A stretch of 32,000 nt of DNA from Propionibacterium freudenreichii subsp. freudenreichii (GTDB taxonomy: Bacteria; Actinomycetota; Actinomycetes; Propionibacteriales; Propionibacteriaceae), in assembly GCF_000940845.1 (NCBI RefSeq), contig NZ_CP010341.1, positions 930,001 through 962,000 on the forward strand. Direction: 5' to 3'. Shown here piece by piece: positions 1-8,174 of this stretch. The position numbers were made by a program, and so were the translations under genes. Positions within the stretch are counted from its first letter, which is position 1. Every line of letters starts with the position of its first letter. The notes beneath the pieces are model-generated. The model was not told the DNA's origin, did not search any database, and saw only the letters and a list, made by a program, of their open reading frames with translations.

Positions 1-996
1 CTGGAGGAGGTCGGACTACTCAGCCTGTCGAGCGCCGATCACTCCGAGATCGACCAGATCGCCGGCGGCCTGGCAGATCGCTATGCCGGCACCAACACCT
101 CGCTGAGCCTGCCCAGCACGCGGGTTGACGCGTTCAACGTGCAGCTGGCCCAGGAACTGTCGCGCAACGGACGGCGCACCGGATTGACGATCGCGCCGGA
201 GGCCGGCAGCGAACGGATGCGGGCGGTGATCAACAAGAATGTCTCGGAGGCCGACCTGATGGCCACCGTGACCGCGGCCTTCGAACAGGGCTGGCGTTCG
301 GTCAAGATGTACTTCATGTGTGGGCTGCCCACCGAGACCGACGACGACGTGGCGGCAATCGCCCGCCTCGCCAAGCAGGTGGTGGCCAGGGGCCGCGAGA
401 TCTCGGGCAGCCGCGACATTCGGTGCACGGTGGGCATCGGCGGGTTCGTCCCCAAGTCGCACACGCCCTTCGAATGGGCGCCCCAGGCGACGCCCGAGGT
501 GATCGACCACCGCATCGCCATCGTCAAGGACGCGATCCGCGAGGACCGCCAGTTCCGCAAGTCCATCACCGTGCGCTACAGCGCCGGCGAACCCGGACAG
601 GTCGAGGGCCTGCTCGCCCGCGGTGACCGGCGCGTCGGTCGTGTCGTGGAAGCCGTGTGGCGCGCCGGCGGGCGTTTCGACGGTTGGAGCGAGTACTTCG
701 ACTACGAGCTGTGGACGCGTTGCGCGGCCGAGCAGTTGGCGCCGTTCGGCATCGACCTGGAGTGGTTCACCACCCGGGAACGTCCTCAGGTGGAGGTACT
801 TGCCTGGGACCACCTGGATTCCGGACTCGACCGCACCTGGCTGTGGGACGAGTACCGCTCGGCGATCGCCGGCGACCAGCTGGCGGATTGCCGCTGGGAC
901 GACTGCAACGACTGCGGCGTCTGCCCGCTGTTCGGGGTGGACATCGAGCTGGCCACCGAGGGGCAGCGACCCAGCTCGCAGCAGGCCGCCTCGTAG
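1..996 (+). CDS. Radical SAM protein, TIGR03960-like family (C-terminal part; 5' end upstream of window)
   Basis: Frame 1 is open from nt 1 (LEEVGLLSLSSADHSEIDQIAGG...) and continuous with listed ORF 139..996. Motifs LSLPSTRVDAF, GLTIAPEAGSERMR and VKMYFMCGLPTETDDD resemble the C-terminal half of the large radical-SAM family that partners DUF2344 proteins. Strong GC3 coding bias. Confidence 0.75.
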   Translation: MEEVGLLSLSSADHSEIDQIAGGLADRYAGTNTSLSLPSTRVDAFNVQLAQELSRNGRRTGLTIAPEAGSERMRAVINKNVSEADLMATVTAAFEQGWRSVKMYFMCGLPTETDDDVAAIARLAKQVVARGREISGSRDIRCTVGIGGFVPKSHTPFEWAPQATPEVIDHRIAIVKDAIREDRQFRKSITVRYSAGEPGQVEGLLARGDRRVGRVVEAVWRAGGRFDGWSEYFDYELWTRCAAEQLAPFGIDLEWFTTRERPQVEVLAWDHLDSGLDRTWLWDEYRSAIAGDQLADCRWDDCNDCGVCPLFGVDIELATEGQRPSSQQAAS

Positions 997-999
997 GCC

Positions 1000-1052
1000 G
1001 GCGCCCCACGGACGTCACCCGGGCGCGGACCCGCGGACGTCTCGTGGGCGCC
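1000..1052. terminator. Long imperfect inverted repeat between convergent genes (candidate bidirectional terminator hairpin)
   Basis: GGCGCCCCACGGACGTC (1000-1016) pairs with GACGTCTCGTGGGCGCC (1036-1052): about 16 bp with two single-nt bulges. It sits exactly between the stop at 996 (+) and the stop at 1060 (-). No U-tract. Confidence 0.5.
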
Positions 1053-1059
1053 CGGATGC

Positions 1060-2160
1060 CTACGGGTTGGCGGCCAGGAAGATATAGGCGGCCAGGATCA
1101 CCAGGTGCACTCCGCCCTGCAGGCGGGTGGCACGGCCCGGCGCGATGGTGAGCATGGCCAGCAGTACGGACATCACCAGCAACGCGATCTGGGTGGAGCC
1201 CAGGCCCAGGTAGAACTCGCCGGGGAACCAGATCATGGCCACGGCAAGGGTCGGGATCGTCAGGCCGATGCTGGCCATGGCCGATCCCAGCGCCAGGTTG
1301 AGGCTCACCTGCACCCGGTTCTGTCGCGCCGCGCGGACGGCGGCCAGCGACTCGGGTGCCAGCACCACCAGGGCGATGATCACGCCGACGAAGCCCGGCG
1401 GTAGTCCGGCGGCGGCCACACCGGCCTCGATGGTGGGGGACAGGATCTTCGCCAGTCCGACCACGGCCACCAGGGCGATCAGCAGGAAACCGAGGCTGCG
1501 CAGAGTGGCTGCGGTGGTCGGCGTCCAGGAGTCATCGTCGGTGTCGATCGGCATCCCGTCCTCGTCGATCGGCAGGAACGAACTGCGGTGCCGTCCGGTC
1601 TGGGCGGCGATGAACAAGCCGTACAACACCAGCGAGGCCACGCCGGCGAAGGCGAGCTGTGAGGGCGTGTACGAGGGGCTCGGGTCGCTCACGGTGAAGC
1701 GGGGGAGCACCAGGCAGATACCGGCCAGCGCCGTCACCGTGGCCAGGGCACCGCCACTGCCCAGGGCGCTGAAGCGCGATGTGGAATGTCGGGAGGCGCT
1801 CACGGTGAGCGACAGGCCCATGATGCCGTTGATGGTGATCATCACCGCGGCGAAGACGGTGTCACGGGCCAGCGTGGCCGAGCCCTTGCCGGAGGCCATC
1901 AGGGTGAGGATGAGCCCCACTTCGATCACCGTGACCGCGACGGCCAGGACCAGCGAGCCGAAGGGCTCACCGACCTTCTGGGCGATCACCTCGGCGTGGT
2001 GCACCGAGGCGATGATCGAGCCGATCAACAGGATCGTCAGCACCGCCAGCACGAGGGCTGCGGTGGGGTGGTAGATCCACGAGACGATCAGGGCGGCGAA
2101 GGCGAGGATCGGCAGCACCCGGGTCCAGTGCAGCCATTTGTGCTTGATCACTTTGCTCAC
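1060..2160 (-). CDS. chaA: Ca2+(cation)/H+ antiporter, ChaA/CaCA family
   Basis: Listed ORF 1060..2238 trimmed to GTG at 2160. GGAGG lies 7 nt upstream, and the GTG overlaps the terC stop as GTGA. Many predicted TM helices. HHAEVIAQKVGEPFGSLVLAVAVTVIEVGLILTLM resembles the conserved ChaA alpha-repeat region. Confidence 0.85.
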   Translation of the reverse strand: MSKVIKHKWLHWTRVLPILAFAALIVSWIYHPTAALVLAVLTILLIGSIIASVHHAEVIAQKVGEPFGSLVLAVAVTVIEVGLILTLMASGKGSATLARDTVFAAVMITINGIMGLSLTVSASRHSTSRFSALGSGGALATVTALAGICLVLPRFTVSDPSPSYTPSQLAFAGVASLVLYGLFIAAQTGRHRSSFLPIDEDGMPIDTDDDSWTPTTAATLRSLGFLLIALVAVVGLAKILSPTIEAGVAAAGLPPGFVGVIIALVVLAPESLAAVRAARQNRVQVSLNLALGSAMASIGLTIPTLAVAMIWFPGEFYLGLGSTQIALLVMSVLLAMLTIAPGRATRLQGGVHLVILAAYIFLAANP

Positions 2161-3413
2161 GCGCGGCCCTCCGTCGTGCCTTCCTGGTCGTCGGAGGCCG
2201 GCGCGTCCATCGGACGCATCCCGTGCTCCTGGCGCCACCGGCCATGCACGTGCATGGCGCGGGCCACCCCGGCCTTCAATTCGGTTTCGTCACCGATGTG
2301 GTCCCGATGCTTCGGGGGGACGTCCTCCACCTGTTCGGCAGTGCGGACCAGCACGCGATAACGGTGCTCACGCTTGTCCGCTTCGGTGTCCTCGTCAAGT
2401 TTGAGGTAGCGGTCGGTCTCGGTGCGCAGCCGCGCGCCGGCGGCCTGGGCCTTGCCCGCGCCGCTCAGCAGCGAGGTGACGACCGTGATCACCAGCACGC
2501 CGATGATCACGCTCAGCGAGATGCCGGTGGTGATCTCGATCACCGGCACCGATTCGCCGTCGTTGATGAAGGGCACGGTGTTCTCGTGCAGGGCGTGCAG
2601 GATCAGCTTGATGCCGATGAAGCTCAGGATGGCACCCAACCCGTACGACAGGTAGATGAGGCGGTCCAGCAGTCCGTCGATGAGGAAGAACAGCTGACGC
2701 AGGCCCATCAGCGAGAAGGTCGTGGCGGTGAACACGATGTAGGTGCTCTGGGTGAGTCCGAAGATGGCGGGGATCGAGTCGAGTGCGAACAGGATGTCGG
2801 TACCGCCGATGGCGACCATCACCAGCAGCATCGGCGTCATCATGCGCTTGCCGTCCACCACCGTGAACAGCTTGTCATCGTCGTACTGGTCTGATGTGCG
2901 CAGCAGCTTGCGGGCCAGCCGGATCATGAGGTTGTCGGCCTCGGAGCCGTGTGACTCCTCATTGTCGGGCTTGACGGTGTGCCCGGCGGTGATCAGCAGG
3001 ATCAGGCCGAACAGGTAGAAGACCCACGAGAAGCGGTTGATCAGTGCCGCGCCCAGGAAGATGAATCCGGTGCGGGCGATGATCGAGAAGACGATGCCCA
3101 CCAGCAGCACCTTCTGCTGGTCCTTCCGGGGGACTGCGAAGCTGGAGATGATCAGCAGGAAGACGAACAGGTTGTCAACGCTGAGCGCCTTCTCGGTGAT
3201 GTAGCCCGCGAAGTATTCACTGCCCATCTCGGTGCCACCGACGATCATCACGACGATGCCGAAGGCAATCGCGATGCCGATGTACACCGCCGACCAGACG
3301 GCGGCCTCGCGCAGCGAGGGGGAGTGCGCCTTGCGCACGTGGGCGAAGTAGTCGAACGCCAGCAAGCCGACGATCAGGATGATGGTTGCGATCCAGACGG
3401 CCGCTGGGACCAT
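2157..3413 (-). CDS. TerC family integral membrane protein (putative Mn2+/metal exporter) with charged C-terminal tail
   Basis: Listed ORF 2157..3827 trimmed to ATG 3413, preceded by GGAAAGGAAC. The protein starts MVPAAVWIATIILIVGLLAFDYF. The EKALSVDNLFVFLLI motif and multiple TM helices are typical of TerC/Alx proteins. The last ~95 aa are hydrophilic and rich in His, Asp, Glu and Arg. Confidence 0.88.
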   Translation of the reverse strand: MVPAAVWIATIILIVGLLAFDYFAHVRKAHSPSLREAAVWSAVYIGIAIAFGIVVMIVGGTEMGSEYFAGYITEKALSVDNLFVFLLIISSFAVPRKDQQKVLLVGIVFSIIARTGFIFLGAALINRFSWVFYLFGLILLITAGHTVKPDNEESHGSEADNLMIRLARKLLRTSDQYDDDKLFTVVDGKRMMTPMLLVMVAIGGTDILFALDSIPAIFGLTQSTYIVFTATTFSLMGLRQLFFLIDGLLDRLIYLSYGLGAILSFIGIKLILHALHENTVPFINDGESVPVIEITTGISLSVIIGVLVITVVTSLLSGAGKAQAAGARLRTETDRYLKLDEDTEADKREHRYRVLVRTAEQVEDVPPKHRDHIGDETELKAGVARAMHVHGRWRQEHGMRPMDAPASDDQEGTTEGRA

Positions 3414-3433
3414 ACAGGTTCCTTTCCGGTGAG

Positions 3434-3487
3434 TGGACAAGCCGGCGATTTGATTTGATAATACAAACCAATTGGATGTGGGCACAA
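3434..3487. promoter_or_regulatory. Overlapping divergent sigma70-like promoters (marR and terC-chaA) in an AT-rich island, with candidate MarR operator
   Basis: + strand: TGGACA (3434-3439), 17 nt, GATAAT (3457-3462). - strand: TTGTGC (3487-3482), 18 nt, TATTAT (3463-3458). The perfect palindrome CCAATTGG (3468-3475) lies in the minus-promoter spacer. This is the only AT-rich patch in a very GC-rich intergenic region. Confidence 0.4.
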
Positions 3488-3627
3488 GCGGGATGGCCCG
3501 TCCCAACGGCTTTTCGCGGCGCCTCCCGGGCGGCTCGTGGTGGCCCCTGGCGGGGCCGTCCCGCGGCGCACGGTGGGCCCACGGCAGGCGAACCACCCAC
3601 GGCGGATGAGTCACGGAGAGGCAGTGC

Positions 3628-4083
3628 ATGGCAACAGGGTCCGGTGTCGAGGACACCATGCTCGAGTTGGCGCGGGTCATGTCGCGCTCCTCGGTGCGTC
3701 GGCGTATCCACGGCAGCCTTGCCGACGAACTCTCGCCGACCGACACCTGGTTGTTGACCCACCTGTCCGAGGTGGGGCCCATGGCGATGACCGAGCTGGC
3801 CCAGTGGCAGGGGGTCGACCGCTCCACGATGACCGCCCAGACCCAGCACCTGGAGAAGCGCGGCTACCTGGTGCGGGAGCCGTCCCAGCGCGATCACCGG
3901 GTGATCATGGTGGGGCTGAGCGCCATGGGTGAGCGCATCGCCCAGGTGCTTCGCGCCGCCGGGCGCAGCGCCTTTGGCCGGGCCATGGGGGATTGGTCGC
4001 CCCAGGAGCGCGAGATGCTCGATCGCCTCCTGTCCCGGTTGCTCGCGGGGCTGGAGCGCTCCGCGCAGGGCGACCCGGGCTGA
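3628..4083 (+). CDS. MarR family transcriptional regulator
   Basis: 151 aa. The winged-HTH region LSEVGPMAMTELAQWQGVDRSTMTAQTQHLEKRGYLVREPSQRDHRVIMVGLSAMG is a classic MarR pattern. GGAGAGG lies 7 nt upstream of the ATG. Divergent from terC. Confidence 0.9.
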   Translation: MATGSGVEDTMLELARVMSRSSVRRRIHGSLADELSPTDTWLLTHLSEVGPMAMTELAQWQGVDRSTMTAQTQHLEKRGYLVREPSQRDHRVIMVGLSAMGERIAQVLRAAGRSAFGRAMGDWSPQEREMLDRLLSRLLAGLERSAQGDPG

Positions 4084-4140
4084 GCGTCGGACCCCACCCG
4101 CTGCGGCGCGGGATCTGGCAGCACCGGCTGTCCTAGGATC

Positions 4141-4899
4141 TTGGGCGTGCCAAAACGCGAACCACCCCGTCAGCCACCGCCGGTGCAACGCCTGCGGTTG
4201 CGCTATTCCAAGCTCGGCGTCGCCAGGTTCGCCTCGCATCGCGATTTCAGTCGGGCCTTTGAACGTGCCCTGCGCCGGGCCGAGGTGCCCATGGCCTATT
4301 CCTCGGGTTTCTCCCCCCACCCCCGCATCAGCTATGCCAACGCGGCACCCACCTCCGCGGAGTCCCACGCCGAATACCTGGACATCGCGCTGGTCGAGCA
4401 GGTGGACGCGGATCAGCTCGCCGACAAACTCAATGGGGCCCTGCCGGCCGGCTTCCGCATTGAGCAGGTGATCGAGTCGAGCAAGCCGAGCCTCACCGAG
4501 CTGCTGCAGGCCTCCGAATGGACGATCGACCTGGGCGCGGTCGATGCGGACGCCCTGCGCGCGGCCGTCGAGGCCCTGCTGGCCGCCCCCGGCCTGGAGG
4601 TGTCGCGGCGCACCAAGAAGGGCCTGCGGGTCTTCGATGTGCGCCCTGCCGTGCTGGCCGCCCACGTCGAGGGTGACCACATCTGGGTGCGGTTGCGCCA
4701 TGGCGTGCCCCTGGTGCGTCCCGACGACCTGGTCACCGGCCTGCGCCAGCTTGTTCCGGGGCTGGGCGACGACCACCCGGGCCTGTTCGCCAGGCTTCGG
4801 CAGGGGCCCTTGGGTGATGATGGTTCGATCATCGATCCCCTGCTCGTCGCCGCGCCGTCCCGGGCCCCGCAGGACGAGTCCCCGACCGATCAGCCGTGA
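4141..4899 (+). CDS. DUF2344 / TIGR03936-like radical-SAM-associated protein
   Basis: 252 aa. The N-terminus RLRLRYSKLGVARFASHRDFSRAFERALRRAEVPMAYSSGFSPHPRISYANAAPTSAESHAEYLDI matches my recollection of the DUF2344 family signature. Start is TTG 4141 or GTG 4147 (uncertain). Confidence 0.8.
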   Translation: MGVPKREPPRQPPPVQRLRLRYSKLGVARFASHRDFSRAFERALRRAEVPMAYSSGFSPHPRISYANAAPTSAESHAEYLDIALVEQVDADQLADKLNGALPAGFRIEQVIESSKPSLTELLQASEWTIDLGAVDADALRAAVEALLAAPGLEVSRRTKKGLRVFDVRPAVLAAHVEGDHIWVRLRHGVPLVRPDDLVTGLRQLVPGLGDDHPGLFARLRQGPLGDDGSIIDPLLVAAPSRAPQDESPTDQP

Positions 4900-5152
4900 C
4901 GATCGGCGTGGTCTTCAAGGCTGCGATTTTCGCTGCTCCCGCGTGGGTCGCGCTGGGCGTTATGCGTTCTGTGACATAATTGGGCTCAGGTAAGAGCGTC
5001 GTCCAGATGCTTGAACTCGCAGAACCTTGAAATCCTCACCGCGACGAGTGATCGACCGCGGGGGACTGTCGGGCGACTGCGGAATCCGCCAGCTTTTGTC
5101 ACACCCCAGGTGTGATTGATCCGTGCCCGCGAGGGCGCAAGAGGAGCACTGC

Positions 5153-7939
5153 ATGCTCGAGGAAAACCCCAGCAAGGAACCGACCGGCGCCGAAGAACAG
5201 CTTCTTCGACCCCCTGCGGGCAGGCGATCGAAGACCCGTCCCGCCGGGCCGCCCGCACCGGTGACCCAGCCACCAGCAACCCAACCACCCACGAACTCCC
5301 CGGCCACGTCAACTGCCGATGAGGCGACGACCAAGCCGAAGACCACCCGGCGAGCCACGACCCGCAAGAAGGCCGAAGCGCCCGCCACCACCCCGGACAC
5401 CCAGCCCGCCGCGAAGCAGCCTGACACCACGGCCACCGCCGAGCAGGGCGAGGCCACCGCTCCGGCCGCCAAGAAGGCCCCCAGCCGCCGCAGCCGCACC
5501 ACCAGGACCGCGGCCAAGGCACCTGAGGCCGAATCCACGACAAGCCCCGCCGCCGAGGGCCACGAGGGTGGATCAGACGACCCGGTCGTCGCCGCCATCG
5601 CCGCCGTGATGGCCCAGCGCGAGAAGCCGGCCCGGACCACCCGCACACGGGCATCCCGCAAGGCGGGCCCGGCCGAGCCGGTGAAGGCAGCTGCGTCCGC
5701 CGACCAGGCAACCGTCACGGAGACGACAACCGATCAGGCCACCGCCGACGAGAAGCCGAAGACCACCCGGCGTCGTCGCGCCACGGCCAAGCAGGGCCAG
5801 CCCGCGCCGGCCGCAACGTCCGAGAGCGGCGAGCAGGGCGCGTCCACCGACGAACGCCTGGACGCCGCACTGGCCAAGGCCCACAAGGCAGCGCCGCGCA
5901 ACCGCCGCGGCAAGGCCACCGCCGCCCAGGACGAGGACGGTGCCTCCGACAAGAAGGCGGCCCTCGACTCGCTGACCGAGGCAATCGCCCACGGCGAGCA
6001 GGACAATGACGAGCATCACGACGATGCCCACGAGCAGGAAGCCACCCAGGAACAGCGTCCCAAGCGCCGTGGCAGGCGTGCCGAGCCGGCCAAGGCCGAA
6101 GCCGACCACGCCGAGGACGACCAGCACGACGAGGAGCACCAGGGTTCGCCGTCCGACGCCGAGGGCAATGGCGAGGACAGCTCCGAGGACGAGGGCGAGC
6201 ACGGTTCGCACCGTCGCCGTCGTCGTCGCGGGGGACGTCGCCGCCGTCGCAGTTCCGAGGACTCCAACGACTCGGAGGACAACGGCGAGGACTCGAATGG
6301 TGAGTCGGGTTCGGGCCACGAGGCCGATGCCGATCATGGTTCGGACCACGGTTCGGACACCGACTCCAACGGCACCCAGCACCGCCGTCGCCGTCGTCGC
6401 CGCCGCAACGGCTCCGATGCCGACTCCGCCGAACTGCCGGTGCGCGTGCGCGAGCCGCGACACCACGGATCCGACGAGGTCACCGGCATCGAGGGCTCCA
6501 CGCGACTGGAGGCCAAGCGCCAACGCCGCAAGGAGGGACGGGCCGCCGGCCGTCGCCGCGCCCCCATCCTGAGCGAGGCGGAGTTCCTGGCCCGTCGCGA
6601 GTCGGTTGATCGCAAGATGATCATTCGCCAGCGCGAGGACTACACCCAGCTCGCTGTCCTCGAGGACGGCCTGTTGGTGGAGCACTACGTCGATCGCAAG
6701 GCGTCCGCGTCGCTGATCGGCAACATCTACCTGGGCAAGGTACAGAATGTGCTGCCCAGCATGGAGGCCGCCTTCATCGACATCGGTCGTGGCCGCAATG
6801 CCGTGCTGTACGCCGGCGAGGTCAACTGGGACTCGATGGAGAAGGGCCACAAGGGCTCACGGCGCATCGAGGATGCGCTCAAGCCCGGCCAGACCGTGCT
6901 CGTGCAGGCCAGCAAGGACCCGATCGGCGCCAAGGGTGCCCGGCTCACCGGACACATCTCCCTGCCGGGCCGCTATGTCGTGTACTCGCCCGATGGGCAC
7001 CTGTCGGGCATCAGCCGAAAGCTGTCTGACACCGAGCGCCATCGCCTGAAGAACATCGTCAATGACGCCATCGACGATTCGTCGTCGGTGATCGTGCGCA
7101 CCGCCGCCGAGGGCGTGACCGAGGAGGCGCTGCGCCAGGATGTGGATCGCCTCAAGGCCCACTGGGATGTCATCGAGAAGAAGGTCGCCGAGGGCCATTC
7201 GCCCCAGCAGCTGTACGTGGAGCCCGACCTGACGCTGCGCATCGTGCGCGATCTGTTCACCGAGGACTTCAATGAACTCATCGTCGAGGGCGACGGCGGC
7301 CCGGAGGATGCCTTCGAGACCGTGCATGAATATGTCGAACACGTGGCCCCGAACCTGGCCGACCGGCTGGAGCACTGGGACACCACGAAGGGCGATCTGT
7401 TCACCAAGTACCGCATCGACGAGCAGATCTCCAAGGCCCTGGAACGCAAGGTCTTCCTGCCCTCCGGCGGCTCCCTGGTGATCGACCGCACCGAGGCAAT
7501 GACCGTGATTGACGTCAACACCGGCAAGTTCACCGGGGCGGGCGGCAACCTCGAGGAGACGGTGACCAAGAACAACCTCGAGGCCGCCGATGAGATCGTG
7601 CGCCAGATGAGGCTGCGCGACCTCGGAGGCATGATCGTGGTCGACTTCATCGACATGGTGCTGCCCGCGAACCGCGAGTTGCTGCTGCGTCGGCTGGTCG
7701 AATGCCTCGGGCGTGACCGCACCCGCCACCAGGTCAGTGAGGTGACCAGCCTGGGCCTGGTGCAGATGACGCGCAAGCGGATCGGCACCGGCCTGGCGGA
7801 GGCCTTCACCGAGGAATGTGAGACCTGTGGGGGACGCGGCTATGTGCGCCACGACGAGCCGGTCGCCAGTCAGGCACCCGCCGATGGTGGGGAACGCCAC
7901 CGTCGTGGTGGCCGACGCGGTGGGCGTTCGGGCAAGTAG
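5153..7939 (+). CDS. rne: Ribonuclease E/G (actinobacterial RNase E with ~470-aa disordered N-terminal extension)
   Basis: Start moved from 5123 to ATG 5153 (AGAGGAG 7 nt upstream). The catalytic core is recognisable: S1 domain IGNIYLGKVQNVLPSMEAAFIDIGRGRNAVLY, VIDVNTGKF, GGMIVVDFIDM and the Zn-link CETCGGRGYV. The N-terminal half is low-complexity (Pro/Ala/Thr/Lys, then Asp/Glu/Ser with poly-Arg). Confidence 0.95.
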   Translation: MLEENPSKEPTGAEEQLLRPPAGRRSKTRPAGPPAPVTQPPATQPPTNSPATSTADEATTKPKTTRRATTRKKAEAPATTPDTQPAAKQPDTTATAEQGEATAPAAKKAPSRRSRTTRTAAKAPEAESTTSPAAEGHEGGSDDPVVAAIAAVMAQREKPARTTRTRASRKAGPAEPVKAAASADQATVTETTTDQATADEKPKTTRRRRATAKQGQPAPAATSESGEQGASTDERLDAALAKAHKAAPRNRRGKATAAQDEDGASDKKAALDSLTEAIAHGEQDNDEHHDDAHEQEATQEQRPKRRGRRAEPAKAEADHAEDDQHDEEHQGSPSDAEGNGEDSSEDEGEHGSHRRRRRRGGRRRRRSSEDSNDSEDNGEDSNGESGSGHEADADHGSDHGSDTDSNGTQHRRRRRRRRNGSDADSAELPVRVREPRHHGSDEVTGIEGSTRLEAKRQRRKEGRAAGRRRAPILSEAEFLARRESVDRKMIIRQREDYTQLAVLEDGLLVEHYVDRKASASLIGNIYLGKVQNVLPSMEAAFIDIGRGRNAVLYAGEVNWDSMEKGHKGSRRIEDALKPGQTVLVQASKDPIGAKGARLTGHISLPGRYVVYSPDGHLSGISRKLSDTERHRLKNIVNDAIDDSSSVIVRTAAEGVTEEALRQDVDRLKAHWDVIEKKVAEGHSPQQLYVEPDLTLRIVRDLFTEDFNELIVEGDGGPEDAFETVHEYVEHVAPNLADRLEHWDTTKGDLFTKYRIDEQISKALERKVFLPSGGSLVIDRTEAMTVIDVNTGKFTGAGGNLEETVTKNNLEAADEIVRQMRLRDLGGMIVVDFIDMVLPANRELLLRRLVECLGRDRTRHQVSEVTSLGLVQMTRKRIGTGLAEAFTEECETCGGRGYVRHDEPVASQAPADGGERHRRGGRRGGRSGK

Positions 7940-7957
7940 TACTTCCCGGGCGGCGGT

Positions 7958-7987
7958 TTGACCGGGCATATCGGGGGCGAGTAATCT
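7958..7987 (+). promoter_or_regulatory. Candidate promoter of rplU-rpmA
   Basis: TTGACC (7958-7963), 18 nt, TAATCT (7982-7987), about 190 nt upstream of the rplU GTG. Confidence 0.45.
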
Positions 7988-8174
7988 AGTCCCTCGGTGC
8001 TCTGTGAATGCGCCGCCCGGGTATGAGTTGGACGGCACCGATCCCAGGGATCGGGCGCCGGGCAAGGACCTGAAGGCCGGGCAAACAGGGCATTCGGGTG
8101 GAATTGGCCGATGAGAGTCGGTCGGGACAGACGTAATGCCGCAAGCTGCGGCGCGATACAGGAAGTGGGTCAGC

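Noticed and set aside
3414-3627. Possible yybP-ykoY Mn2+ riboswitch in the terC leader
   Set aside because: I read the minus-strand leader and did not find the conserved GGGGAGUAG core or the paired UUGACA-type element. Only loose resemblances (CCGGCTTGTCCA, CTCACCGG) appear, and in the wrong order. A covariance-model scan would be decisive.
2161-3827. N-terminal extensions of listed ORFs (chaA to 2238, terC to 3827, proB to 10083, DUF4192 to 17994, holA to 28694, rne to 5123, rplU to 8136)
   Set aside because: The ORF track reports the most upstream start. The extensions overlap neighbouring genes or promoters and lack family-typical sequence. Better RBS-supported internal starts reproduce the expected protein N-termini.
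3217-4776. 519-aa minus-strand ORF spanning the marR and DUF2344 loci
   Set aside because: It is antisense to two well-supported + strand genes and crosses their intergenic region. The sequence is low-complexity and Gly/Ala/Arg/Pro-rich, so it is a shadow ORF.
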